Below, piece after piece: positions 17,666 to 27,389 of a stretch of DNA of 64,000 nucleotides. The DNA is from a virus (Duplodnaviria; Caudoviricetes), in the IMG/VR virus record IMGVR_UViG_3300046725_000049, positions 5,088-69,087 of that record, one strand, 5' to 3'. Each line of letters opens with the position of its first letter. The first letter of the stretch is position 1. The translations under genes were made by a program, and so were the position numbers. Below the pieces are notes generated by a model that did not search any database, was not told the origin of the DNA, and saw only the letters and a program-made list of their open reading frames with translations.

Positions 17666-18352
17666 GTGTCTGAGCTGGACGCCCTAGACCCCGTACCCGA
17701 GACGGTGAAACTGTCCTCGGGTACCACGGTCGTCCTGGAAGACCTCAAGGCCAGGCAGTTCTTCAAGCTGCTGCGCATCATCACCGTCGGCGCCCTGCCG
17801 GCCATCCAGGACACCTCCATGTTGCGGATGGACCCCAACAGCGACCCCGCCGAGTTCGGCGCCCGGCTGCTGTCGGTCATGGTGCTGGCCATCCCCAACG
17901 CCGAAGACCAGGCCATCGACTTCCTGCGTTCCATGGTCAAGCCCCACGGGCTCATCGAGCGGCGCGGCATCAACAAACAGGACACCGAACGCAACCAGGC
18001 GTTGTGGGAGGCCCTGTACGTCGAGCTGGACAACCCCGAACTCGATGACCTGGTCACCCTCGTCGAGGCGATCGTGCGGCGCGAATCCGCCGACATCCAG
18101 GCACTGGGAAAGCGCCTGGCGGGGATGCTGAAGATGGCCGAGAAGACCGGCCAGATCCCGGCGCCCCCGCAGCAGACATCGCCGACGCAGACCTCCTCGG
18201 TGGGTTCAGTCGAGCCTTCGACCTCCTCAGTCACGAGTACGGATGGGACGACCAGCAGCTCGGTGACCTCACTCTCCGTCGATTCCGTCAGTGCGTCGCT
18301 GCCGTTCGAGAACGGCGTCACTACCAGCGGTGGGAACGCGACCAGTGGCTGA
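17666..18352 (+). CDS. Tail assembly chaperone (gpG-like)
   Basis: GTG 17666 after RBS GGAGG; contains an in-frame G GGA AAG slippery site. Confidence 0.85.
   Translation: MSELDALDPVPETVKLSSGTTVVLEDLKARQFFKLLRIITVGALPAIQDTSMLRMDPNSDPAEFGARLLSVMVLAIPNAEDQAIDFLRSMVKPHGLIERRGINKQDTERNQALWEALYVELDNPELDDLVTLVEAIVRRESADIQALGKRLAGMLKMAEKTGQIPAPPQQTSPTQTSSVGSVEPSTSSVTSTDGTTSSSVTSLSVDSVSASLPFENGVTTSGGNATSG
18106..18112 (+). promoter_or_regulatory. -1 programmed ribosomal frameshift heptamer GGGAAAG
   Basis: X XXY YYZ in the correct phase (CTG GGA AAG); same heptamer as lambda G-T; -1 frame open to 18564. Confidence 0.9.
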
Positions 18353-18564
18353 TCTGGCAGACCCGAACCATCTCGACGTTCGTGGCGGCCACCGTGCCCG
18401 TTGAGCGTCCCGGCGCCGCCAGTCCGCTGCTTGAAGTCGCCCAGAGCATCGGGGAGCCGCCAGGCGAGGACACCACACCGGCCGGGCACGCCGAGCCCGT
18501 CGAGGGCTCCTTTGAACGGTTCATGGGCAGCTTCGGCAATCCCGCGAGGTGGGCGGGCCGCTAA
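18112..18564 (+). CDS. Frameshift-accessed C-terminal part of the gpGT chaperone
   Basis: -1 frame reads APGGDAEDG...FDLLSHEYGWDDQQLGDLTLRRFRQCV... with no stop until TAA 18562-18564; not recovered by the ORF track. Confidence 0.85.
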   Translation, partial: APGGDAEDGREDRPDPGAPAADIADADLLGGFSRAFDLLSHEYGWDDQQLGDLTLRRFRQCVAAVRERRHYQRWERDQWLIWQTRTISTFVAATVPVERPGAASPLLEVAQSIGEPPGEDTTPAGHAEPVEGSFERFMGSFGNPARWAGR

Positions 18565-18580
18565 CGCGGGGAGGTGAGAC

Positions 18581-21500
18581 GTGAGCCAGCCAGACGGCGA
18601 ACGTATCGTCCGGTATAAGGCCGTCGCCGACTTCTCCCAACTGTTCATCGAGGCGGCGGCGGCCGAAGCCCGCCTGCGGGCACTACAAGCCGAGGCCAAC
18701 AAGCTCGGTGGCCGGGGCGGCGCCCACGGCGGCGCAACCCCGGCCCAGGTTACCGCCGACCTCACCCGCCACACCCAGGCCGTCGAACGCGACGGCGCCG
18801 CACTGACCCGGCACAGCACCTTCCAGGAGCGCTTCACCCACTCCCTGGCGCAAACCAGCGCCGAGATGCGCAAGCAGGAGACGCACGAGGAGCGGCTTGG
18901 GGCACTGCGTCGAAAGAACGCCGAGACCCTGCGCCAGCAGCAGGCCCAGGGCGGGCTCAAGGGCGACGACCGGCTACGGGCCAACGTCGCTCGCGACTTG
19001 GCCGACATGGAGAAGCTGGGCGCGATGGCCCGGTCCCTGTCGGAGAAGGCCAACCAGGACGCGCTACGCACTTCCGCATTGCGGGGCAGCCTCAGCAACC
19101 GCGCCGCCGCCGACATCGAGAAGTTGACGCAGCTCCGCTTGTCCGGCGCCCGCCGCGTGGCCGCCGACGAGGCACGTGAAGCCCGGACCGCCGAACAACA
19201 CCTGCTGCGGATGGCGACCCTGAATCAGCGGGCGCAGAGCCAGCAGCGTGGGCCGGGACTCTTTCGCGGAATCTTCGATGTCGTCGCCGGGTTCGGCCGC
19301 GCCGGGGCGGCGGGCGTGCGCGCGGCCAAGAACGTGGAGGGCGCCTGGAACCGCACCAGAAACGCCATGGTCAGTGCGTCGCGCAGCCTGGCCGGCTCAG
19401 CCGTTGGCGGCTCGGGTGGCGGGTTCATTGGCGGTTTCAACCGCACCCTGAACGACCTGGGGGACTGGTCCAGCGGCAAACTCGGCAAGTTCATGAAGGC
19501 GATGCTCAGCTTCCGAGGGCTGATCGTCCTCGCCGTCGCCACTCTGGGACCACTGATCGCCACTCTCGGCGCGCTCGGTGGTGCCGCCATTGGGGCGGCC
19601 AACATCCTGGTTTCCCTTGGCGGCTCCGTGGCCGTACTACCCGGTCTTTTCCTCGCCGCTGCCACCGGCATCGGCGCGTTGATCACCGCCGTCGTCCCCA
19701 TGATGGGCGTGTTCAAGGCGTTCCAGGCCCAACAGAAGCTCCTCACCGTCGGCACCGCCCAGCTCGCTCAGGCTCATCACGACGCGGCACAGAAGGTTGC
19801 CGACGCCCAACACGCCTACCAGGACGCCAGCAAGAACGTCGTCGATGCCCAGTTCAGTGAACAGCGCGCCCAACTGAGTCTCAACGACGCGCGCCAGCAG
19901 GCCACCCGGGACCTGCAAGACATGCGAACCGAGCTGTCGCGGGCGTCCCTCAACGAGGAAGGGGCCATCCTCAACCTGCGCCAGGCTCAACTGGACTACC
20001 GCAAGAGCCTCGCCGACTCCAACGCCACCATGCTGGACCGCCAGCAGGCGCTATACCGGGTAAAGGTGGCCGAGAACGATCTCTCGGATGTCCGCACCAA
20101 AAACACCCGTCTGGCCCAGGACACCGCCGTGGCCGAACGGCGCGGCGTCGAAGGCAGCGAACAGGTCATCGGTGCGAAGAAGGCCGTCGCCGACGCCAAC
20201 GCCGCCGCAGCTACCGCCACCTACCAGCTTCAGAAGGCCAGCTACGACCTCGCGTTGGCGCAGAAGGAACAGGCCGCCGGGGGACAGCAGCTCTACCAGG
20301 CCAACCAGGAACTGGAGGCCCAACTAGGAAAACTCGGCCCCAACGCCCGCAAGGTCGCCTTGAGCCTCCTCGGCCAATCCGACGCTTGGCACGCCATCCA
20401 AAAGCGGGTTGGTGAAGGCATCTTCACCCCCGTTTCCAGGGAGCTGGGCCGCATCCCGACCGCCCTCGGGATCGTCAACACCCTGCTCGGCAAGTCCGCT
20501 GACGCCATCGGTGCGGTGGTCGGCAAGGGCCTGGAGATGGTCACCTCCGGGCCGTGGGTGTCCGACTTCGGCCGGCTCGCCGACAGCAACGCCACCATCA
20601 TCGGCAAGTTGGGCGACGCCGCCCTGTTCGTGGCCAGTGCGTTCAAGGACATCGCGGTTGCCGCCATCCCCTTCACCGAATGGATCAGCGGCGCCGTCCG
20701 TGACCTGGCTAAGAACTTCGCTGACTGGGCCGACTCCGCCCGCCGCAGCGGCGCCATCGCAGACTTTCTGCGCACCACCGAGGAGCGGCTGACCGCTGTC
20801 AGCACGATCGTCAACAACATTTGGACGCTGTTCTCTTCGCTGTTCTTCGCCTCCAATGACTTCTCCGGGGGACTGCTCAACGACATCGTCAAGATCACCG
20901 ATAAGTGGGCGGCCTGGGGCCAGACCCAAGCCGAGACCGGAAGCACCTTCCGCAACTGGCTGGATAACATCAAGCCGCTGTTGCATTCGGTGTGGAGCCT
21001 GGTTGAGCAGTTCGCCATTGCATTCGGCAAAATCGCGGCTGATCCTCGCAACATCCAAGAGGCGCAGCGCATCCTCGACGCCCTGGCCAACAAGGTGCTT
21101 CCGTCGCTGGTCGGCATCTTCGGCAAACTGTCGGAAAGCCACGCCATCTCCAACATCGCCAAGGGATTGGGCTCGTTGTTCGGTTCCATCGAGCGTTTCC
21201 TCAACAACGGCGGCTCGCTGGTTCTGACCACCTTCTTCGGTTCGCTGATCACATTGCTCGCCGGGATCGCTTGGGTGCTGTCCCAGCCTGGCATCGCCCA
21301 AGGGTTGGGGTACCTGATCACCGGCTTGTCCTTCCTGGCTGCTATCTCGGTGATCGGCAAGTACACCGGCCTGTTCAAACTCATCGACTATCTGGCCCGG
21401 CTCGCCGCCCTGCGTGGCGGATTGCAAGCCGTCAAGGGCGTCCTGAAGGACTTCTTCACCGGCAAGGCTCTCGGTACGACGGCCGCCGCCCAGGCGGCGG

Positions 21501-23539
21501 CTACACCGATGGAGGCCGCCGCTGACACCATGCTGATCGCCGCCCGCGCAATGCAGGCCGCCGCTGACACCATGTTTGTCTCCGCCGAACTCAACCAGCG
21601 CGCGGCGGTTGGGCAGGACGCCGCCGCTGTGGCCACCACCAGAGGCGCCGGCGTCGCCCGAGCCGGCGGCGCCGTAGCGGGGGGTGCCGCAACCGCCGGC
21701 ACCGGCTTGCTGGGCGGCCTGGCCGCACGCGGCCTGACCCTCGGGCCGATCGCGGCCATCGCCGCTGCGGTGTTCCTGGCCGTCAACGCCATCAAAGACG
21801 GCCTCACCCAAGGCGGCAAGTCCGGTGCCCAAGCCGGCAACGTCAACGACATGATGCCGGCCAGCTCGGAGTTCGCCAAGAACCCGGGGCTGGGCACCGG
21901 CGCAAAAGCGCTCATCGAGATCAATCCGCTGGTTGCACCGTTCAAGGTGGCTGCGTTCGAGATCCGCCGATTCTTCTCCAGCGATCAGATCGGCAAGATG
22001 CTCACCGCCGCCAAGACTTACTTGGAGGGCCGTTACCCCGGGCTGTTCGTCGGCATCCAAACCGCCTGGAACATCGCTTGGCAAAAGCTGGAGTCGCTGC
22101 CGGTCGTTGGGCGGGTGATGGAGCGAATCGCCAATCGGATCACTACCGCACTCGGCGGCAACAAGACAGAAGCGTTGGGCAAGTCGGTCAACGGTATCGG
22201 CCCTGCGCTGGAGAAGGCGCTCAAGTCCCTCGGTCCATCCTTCAGCAACATGATCGGTCTCTTCGACACGCTGTCCCGCAAGACGAAGACGTCCAACGAG
22301 GTCGCCGAGGCGTACGGCGCCACCTTGGACAACATCGGCAAAGACAACTCGATCTCCGCACGGGATGGCCTGAGCCAGTACTCACTGATGCTGGACACGG
22401 TCAACGACGCCAACCTGACCGCCAACGCTCGGGCCGGTGTCTACAGTCAGTTGCTGGACAGCATCGCCGCCAACGCCTCCAGCCAGGCCGACAAGATCGC
22501 CCCGCTGACCAAGGCGTTCAACGACATCGCCGCCGCCACGCTGGACGCCTCCACCAAGGCCGATCTGCTGCGGCGGGCGTGGGACCAGCTCAAAGACCCG
22601 GCCATCAACGCCTACGAGGCCACCGACAACCTCGCCACCGCCGAGGACAACCTCAAGGACGCGGTGGCGAAGTCGGCCACCACCATCGACAAGAAGACCG
22701 GCCACGTCAAGAACAACAAGGACGCGATCGTCGATGCCGCCAAGGCCGCCCGTGACGCCTACTTCGCCGAAATCGCGCAGGGCGACGTCAGCGAGGCGGT
22801 GGCCCGCCAGCACCTCACAGACAACCTCGCGCGGCTTGACAAAGAGGTCGGCGGAACCGGGAAAGTCAAGGCGGCGGTCAAGGAACTCTTCGACATCTAC
22901 GCCGCACCACCGCCGCAGACCGAGCTGACCGTCGACATCAGCGGCCTGGACAAGGCGATGGCGGGCATGGAGCAGCTCATCGTCGCGCAGTACGTCGTCG
23001 CTCATCCCAACGAGCCGGATGTGCTCATCAAGGCTTACACCTTCGCTGCCCGCGTGCTTCAGACGGCCACCGCCTTCGCCAATGCCGCCTCCGTTTACGA
23101 GCGTGCCGGCAAGCCCGTGGAAAAGGGCTCGCTCGTGCCCCGTACCCGAGGTGACCAGTCCGGCGGCTTGATCGAGGGCACCTACGACGGCCGGGTAGAC
23201 ACCGAGCACCGGCGGCTGACCATTGGTGAGTTCGTCACCCGTAAGCGGGTCGTGGACAAGCCGTATGCCAAGCAGGTGTTGCGGGACCTCAATGAGGAGC
23301 GCCTGGACCCGGCCGACTTCTACGCCGCCCTCAACCTCGCCACCAGCCCCCGGGCAGCCTATTTCAACCCGCCGCCCCGGGTTAGCGGCGCGTCGATCGT
23401 CAACAACAACTCGACCAGCAGCACCCGCAACGCGGGCCTGCACGTTGGTGACGTGACCATCAACAACCCGGTCCGGGAACGCTCCGATCGATCTATGCGG
23501 CGCACCCTGCAAACCCTCGCGTACCTGCACGACAAGTAA
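18581..23539 (+). CDS. Tape measure protein
   Basis: 1652 aa, Ala-rich helical with hydrophobic stretches, directly after the chaperone. Confidence 0.95.
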   Translation: MSQPDGERIVRYKAVADFSQLFIEAAAAEARLRALQAEANKLGGRGGAHGGATPAQVTADLTRHTQAVERDGAALTRHSTFQERFTHSLAQTSAEMRKQETHEERLGALRRKNAETLRQQQAQGGLKGDDRLRANVARDLADMEKLGAMARSLSEKANQDALRTSALRGSLSNRAAADIEKLTQLRLSGARRVAADEAREARTAEQHLLRMATLNQRAQSQQRGPGLFRGIFDVVAGFGRAGAAGVRAAKNVEGAWNRTRNAMVSASRSLAGSAVGGSGGGFIGGFNRTLNDLGDWSSGKLGKFMKAMLSFRGLIVLAVATLGPLIATLGALGGAAIGAANILVSLGGSVAVLPGLFLAAATGIGALITAVVPMMGVFKAFQAQQKLLTVGTAQLAQAHHDAAQKVADAQHAYQDASKNVVDAQFSEQRAQLSLNDARQQATRDLQDMRTELSRASLNEEGAILNLRQAQLDYRKSLADSNATMLDRQQALYRVKVAENDLSDVRTKNTRLAQDTAVAERRGVEGSEQVIGAKKAVADANAAAATATYQLQKASYDLALAQKEQAAGGQQLYQANQELEAQLGKLGPNARKVALSLLGQSDAWHAIQKRVGEGIFTPVSRELGRIPTALGIVNTLLGKSADAIGAVVGKGLEMVTSGPWVSDFGRLADSNATIIGKLGDAALFVASAFKDIAVAAIPFTEWISGAVRDLAKNFADWADSARRSGAIADFLRTTEERLTAVSTIVNNIWTLFSSLFFASNDFSGGLLNDIVKITDKWAAWGQTQAETGSTFRNWLDNIKPLLHSVWSLVEQFAIAFGKIAADPRNIQEAQRILDALANKVLPSLVGIFGKLSESHAISNIAKGLGSLFGSIERFLNNGGSLVLTTFFGSLITLLAGIAWVLSQPGIAQGLGYLITGLSFLAAISVIGKYTGLFKLIDYLARLAALRGGLQAVKGVLKDFFTGKALGTTAAAQAAATPMEAAADTMLIAARAMQAAADTMFVSAELNQRAAVGQDAAAVATTRGAGVARAGGAVAGGAATAGTGLLGGLAARGLTLGPIAAIAAAVFLAVNAIKDGLTQGGKSGAQAGNVNDMMPASSEFAKNPGLGTGAKALIEINPLVAPFKVAAFEIRRFFSSDQIGKMLTAAKTYLEGRYPGLFVGIQTAWNIAWQKLESLPVVGRVMERIANRITTALGGNKTEALGKSVNGIGPALEKALKSLGPSFSNMIGLFDTLSRKTKTSNEVAEAYGATLDNIGKDNSISARDGLSQYSLMLDTVNDANLTANARAGVYSQLLDSIAANASSQADKIAPLTKAFNDIAAATLDASTKADLLRRAWDQLKDPAINAYEATDNLATAEDNLKDAVAKSATTIDKKTGHVKNNKDAIVDAAKAARDAYFAEIAQGDVSEAVARQHLTDNLARLDKEVGGTGKVKAAVKELFDIYAAPPPQTELTVDISGLDKAMAGMEQLIVAQYVVAHPNEPDVLIKAYTFAARVLQTATAFANAASVYERAGKPVEKGSLVPRTRGDQSGGLIEGTYDGRVDTEHRRLTIGEFVTRKRVVDKPYAKQVLRDLNEERLDPADFYAALNLATSPRAAYFNPPPRVSGASIVNNNSTSSTRNAGLHVGDVTINNPVRERSDRSMRRTLQTLAYLHDK

Positions 23540-23570
23540 TCGAACACACGAGCAGTGGAAGGAGGCGACG

Positions 23571-24833
23571 ATGGCCAGCAGCAGCGACGAATACTGGATG
23601 ATCGATGGCGTCAGCCTGCACCAGTACGGCTGGTCGGTGGCCACCGTCGGCGGCTCCCGCTACGACCTGCCCCCACGCCGGGGCGAGAACATTCAGCTCG
23701 CCTACCGACATGGGCGGGTACACCGCAGAAAATACGCCGACTCCCGCACCATCGAGCTGATCATGTGGGTGACCGGCGTCGACCCGGCCACCGGCAACTC
23801 GGTCGACGACGCTCGGCTGCAATGGAACGACTCCTGGGATTTCCTGCGCCGCCTGGTGTGGAAACCCAACGGCGCCCAGGTCACCCTGACTCGCCGCTGG
23901 TTTTTGACTGTGGATGGGGTGCGCACCATGGTCGCCTCCGACGCCCAGGCCGAAATCGCCGACACTATGGCCCCCACCATGACGGGGCGGCACCGCGCTG
24001 ATTTCACCATGGTCCTGTTGCTGGCCGACCCGTACTTCTACGGCGACCAGGTCGTGGAAACCCTGGGCATCGACCAGCCGGTGACCGTCACCAACACCGG
24101 CTACGACGAGGCCATATCCACTGTGCAGGTCGACCTGCGTGGCCCGTTGACCAACCCCAAGGTCACCAACGCCATCACCTCGCCCAACGTTTGGTTCCAG
24201 TACAACGGCATCGTGCCGGCCGGTCAGGTGCTGCGTCTGGATGTTGGTGCCTACACCGCTACCCAGACCAACACCGTCACTCCGACCCCGCCGGTCATCA
24301 CCGCGATGCGGGCGGTGGCCAACGGCAAGTACGTGTGCGCCGAAAACGCGGGCGCGGCCCCGCTGATCGCCAATCGTGACGCCATCGGCCTGTGGGAGCA
24401 GTTCAACCTCATCGACGCCGGCAGTGGCTTCGTCGCCCTGCAATCACGCGTCAACAACAAATACGTCACCACCGAGTCGGCCGGGCAGGCGTCGCTGATC
24501 GCCAACCGCACCGTCATCGGGCTGTGGGAGAAGTTCCGCCTTCTCATCAACCCCGACACCACCGTCAGCCTCCAATCCGACGCCAACGGCAAGTACGTCA
24601 CCGCCGAAAACGCCGGGGGCAAGCCGCTGATCGCCAACCGTGACGCCATCGGCCCGTGGGAGAAGTTCCAGTTCACCGACCCCGCCTACCAGGTCGGCAA
24701 CGTCGTGGGCGCCATCACCCACGGCGGCGCCCGGTCCTGGCTGGGGCTGCTGCCCGGCGAGAACATCCTCACGCTGACCGCCGAATCCGGGACCGGCTCG
24801 GCCGTCCTGCGCTTTCGACCCCCGCATGTGTAG
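23571..24833 (+). CDS. Distal tail protein (Dit) with inserted fascin-like beta-trefoil
   Basis: First gene after the TMP; three repeats NGKYV.AE..G..PLIANR..IG.WE.F at 24297-24674. Confidence 0.8.
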   Translation: MASSSDEYWMIDGVSLHQYGWSVATVGGSRYDLPPRRGENIQLAYRHGRVHRRKYADSRTIELIMWVTGVDPATGNSVDDARLQWNDSWDFLRRLVWKPNGAQVTLTRRWFLTVDGVRTMVASDAQAEIADTMAPTMTGRHRADFTMVLLLADPYFYGDQVVETLGIDQPVTVTNTGYDEAISTVQVDLRGPLTNPKVTNAITSPNVWFQYNGIVPAGQVLRLDVGAYTATQTNTVTPTPPVITAMRAVANGKYVCAENAGAAPLIANRDAIGLWEQFNLIDAGSGFVALQSRVNNKYVTTESAGQASLIANRTVIGLWEKFRLLINPDTTVSLQSDANGKYVTAENAGGKPLIANRDAIGPWEKFQFTDPAYQVGNVVGAITHGGARSWLGLLPGENILTLTAESGTGSAVLRFRPPHV

Positions 24834-24842
24834 GCGCAGCCC

Positions 24843-25187
24843 ATGACCGACTCCCTGACCCTGTGGAACCCGTCGCTGAGCGTCGTTGTGACCAGCGTTG
24901 ACCTCGGCACTGTTATGGCCGGCTCCAGCGGCGACTGGCGTTTCCAGGTCAAGAACCTCTCGGCCGTCTACCGCGCCACCAACGTGGCGGTCAGCCTCTA
25001 CGGCAGCGACGCCGAGCAGTTCTACCTGTCCCTTGACGGGTACCGCTTCACCGCCAGCTTGGCCCTGGGCGACCTGCCACCCCGAGCCACCTCAATTCTG
25101 CTGACCCTGCGGCGGGTCACCCCGTCCGGCGTCGGGCTCGGCGCTCACACCTGCAACCTGCGCATCCAAGCCCAGACCTGGCACTGA
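24843..25187 (+). CDS. Minor tail protein, 114 aa
   Basis: Beta-rich, within the tail operon. Confidence 0.6.
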   Translation: MTDSLTLWNPSLSVVVTSVDLGTVMAGSSGDWRFQVKNLSAVYRATNVAVSLYGSDAEQFYLSLDGYRFTASLALGDLPPRATSILLTLRRVTPSGVGLGAHTCNLRIQAQTWH

Positions 25188-25217
25188 CGCGGGCACCCAG
25201 GGGAAGAGGAGAACCGA

Positions 25218-25646
25218 ATGGCAGCCACACCCTACGGGGCATTCCTGTCGGCGCTGTTCGCCGGCCAGCTCGACTACCAAAGCGACACCTTCAAGCTGAT
25301 GCTGGCCACCGCCAGCTACACCCCCAACGTTGACACCGACACCACCGTGGATCAGGTCGTCGCCGCCGAGGCCAGCGGTACCGGCTACACCCCCGGCGGC
25401 GCCACCCTCACCGGTCTGGACTCCAGCTACGACGCGGTCAACGACTGGACCGTCATCACCGCTGACCCAGTGTCTTTCACCGGCGCCACCGTCAGTTTCC
25501 GCTACGCCGTCATCTACCGCGCCACCGCCGCTCAGCCGCAAACCCTCATCGGCTACATCGACGTCGGTTCCACCCAGACGATCACCAACAACGACTTCGG
25601 CTTTTCCTTTCCCAACGGCCTGATCCGGTTCAAGCGCACCGCCTAA
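25218..25646 (+). CDS. Minor tail/virion structural protein
   Basis: RBS GAGGAG; DYQSDTFKLML...YTPGGATL motif common in tail modules. Confidence 0.7.
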   Translation: MAATPYGAFLSALFAGQLDYQSDTFKLMLATASYTPNVDTDTTVDQVVAAEASGTGYTPGGATLTGLDSSYDAVNDWTVITADPVSFTGATVSFRYAVIYRATAAQPQTLIGYIDVGSTQTITNNDFGFSFPNGLIRFKRTA

Positions 25647-25667
25647 AACAGCACTGGAGGAACACCG

Positions 25668-26078
25668 ATGGGCAGGCTGAGCGACACCGTCATGAACGCG
25701 GTCCTCGACGAGCTGTTCGGCGGCGCCAACTACACGCCCCCGGCGACCGTCTACATTGGACTATCAACGACCGCGCCGGGCAACGACGGCGCCACCGCCA
25801 CCGAACCGGTCGGCAATGGCTACGCCCGCGTCGCCACCGTCAACGACCTGACCAACTGGCCGGCGGCGACCGGCCGAGCCAAGAGCAACGCCGCCGCCAT
25901 CACCTTCCCCACCGCCAGCGGCGCCTGGGGCACCGTGACCGACTTCGTTGTCTACGACGCGGCCAGTGGCGGCACCTTCTACGCCTGGGGGGCGTTGGTG
26001 ACGCCGCAGGTCATCTCCGCCGCCACCACCCCCTCATTCGCCCCCGGAAGCTTCATCGTCACCGGACCGGGCGCCTAA
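25668..26078 (+). CDS. Minor tail protein
   Basis: VYIGLSTTAPG...GNGYARV...ITFPTASGAWGTVT..VYDAASGG motif of phage tail proteins. Confidence 0.75.
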   Translation: MGRLSDTVMNAVLDELFGGANYTPPATVYIGLSTTAPGNDGATATEPVGNGYARVATVNDLTNWPAATGRAKSNAAAITFPTASGAWGTVTDFVVYDAASGGTFYAWGALVTPQVISAATTPSFAPGSFIVTGPGA

Positions 26079-26081
26079 CCC

Positions 26082-27386
26082 ATGCCCAGCAACGACCTGA
26101 TCGCCAACGCGGTCATCGTCGACATTGCCACTGACGGTGGCACCTACATCTCACCGGCAATGGACAACACCGCATTCGGCGTCGAAGCCAACGAACCGGC
26201 GGCCGTCAGCGGCAACTACCGAACCGCCTGGTGGCGCTACACACCACTGGCCTCCGGCACGGTGGACCTGGACACCCACGCGACCACCCTCATCTCCGGG
26301 TCGACCGACACCGTGCTGGTTGTCTACACCGGTACACCTAACCCGGGTGTCAACGGCTGGGGCCTCACCGAGGTCGCCTACAGTGACGACGACTCCGGAT
26401 TCGGCGTCACGTCGGGCATCAACGGCCTGGCCGTCAGCGCCGCGACGACCTACTGGATCCGGGTCGGGGCCTTCGACCTCGCCTACCTTATGAACTACGT
26501 GTTGGCCGTCACCGGCCCGCATAGCACACAGCCTCCCACCGTCGTGGTGGACCTGGGTACCTCCGCGACGCTGAGCCTTGACAAGGCGTTGGCTAGCTCC
26601 GATCTGGGCATCGACATCTTCACCGGCCCGCTGCTGCTAAGCCCCGACCCGATCGACGTGTACGTCCAGGTCGCCGCCACCTACGTCCAACCCGTGGCAC
26701 CCATCGACGTCTATATCACCGTCGGCCCGGTGTCTTACGCGGCGGTGCAGCACCGGGCGGTACAGCCCGCAGACGGCGCCACGGTGCCCATCCGGGCGCC
26801 CAGCTTCGTCATCCAGCTCACTCGGACCTTCGGGCACCTGACCACTGCCGAGGTCCACGTCAGCTACAGCTACCTCGATGCCGGCACACCCACCACCGTC
26901 GAAATGTCCAAGACCGTCGCGGTACTTCCGGGTCTCAACCAAGTCACCCTGTTGGCCGTCGGACCGATCCCGGCCGATGACATCGAATGGACCTACTGGA
27001 TCGACTTCGGCGGGATACCGACCCCGGTCAGCGTTACCCGGTCTTTCACCATCGACACCTCCGCCTTCGACTACGACACCCAGATCACCTGGACCGCCGC
27101 CGCAGGCATTCCGGTGCCGCACCTGTGGATGGTCTACCCGGCCGTCGCTGACCCCGGCGGCCGCGCCACGGTCTTCGGGCACGGAATGACCGAGGGCGCC
27201 GGCACCGTGAGCATCTCCGGCACGCCGGCCGACATCGAGGACTGGACCTGGGTACCGGCCAGCCCTCGATCCACCGGCGATGACCGGCTCATCGACACCA
27301 TCACGGGCGTGGCCGACCCCGAGCACTTCGAGGTCGTCTTCGTCGTCCCACACGCCCAAAGCGGGCGACTGATCCTTCAGGACTAG
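26082..27386 (+). CDS. Minor tail protein with beta-sandwich/Ig-like domains
   Basis: TAWWRYTP...DTVLVVYTG...TYWIRVG (PPC-like); C-terminal PGGRATVFGHG (IPT-like). Confidence 0.6.
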   Translation: MPSNDLIANAVIVDIATDGGTYISPAMDNTAFGVEANEPAAVSGNYRTAWWRYTPLASGTVDLDTHATTLISGSTDTVLVVYTGTPNPGVNGWGLTEVAYSDDDSGFGVTSGINGLAVSAATTYWIRVGAFDLAYLMNYVLAVTGPHSTQPPTVVVDLGTSATLSLDKALASSDLGIDIFTGPLLLSPDPIDVYVQVAATYVQPVAPIDVYITVGPVSYAAVQHRAVQPADGATVPIRAPSFVIQLTRTFGHLTTAEVHVSYSYLDAGTPTTVEMSKTVAVLPGLNQVTLLAVGPIPADDIEWTYWIDFGGIPTPVSVTRSFTIDTSAFDYDTQITWTAAAGIPVPHLWMVYPAVADPGGRATVFGHGMTEGAGTVSISGTPADIEDWTWVPASPRSTGDDRLIDTITGVADPEHFEVVFVVPHAQSGRLILQD

Positions 27387-27389
27387 CCG

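Noticed and set aside
18170-18352. Ser/Thr-rich mucin-like tail on the chaperone as a glycosylation target
   Set aside because: Best explained as the off-frame reading of the gpT segment; composition follows from the -1 frame codons
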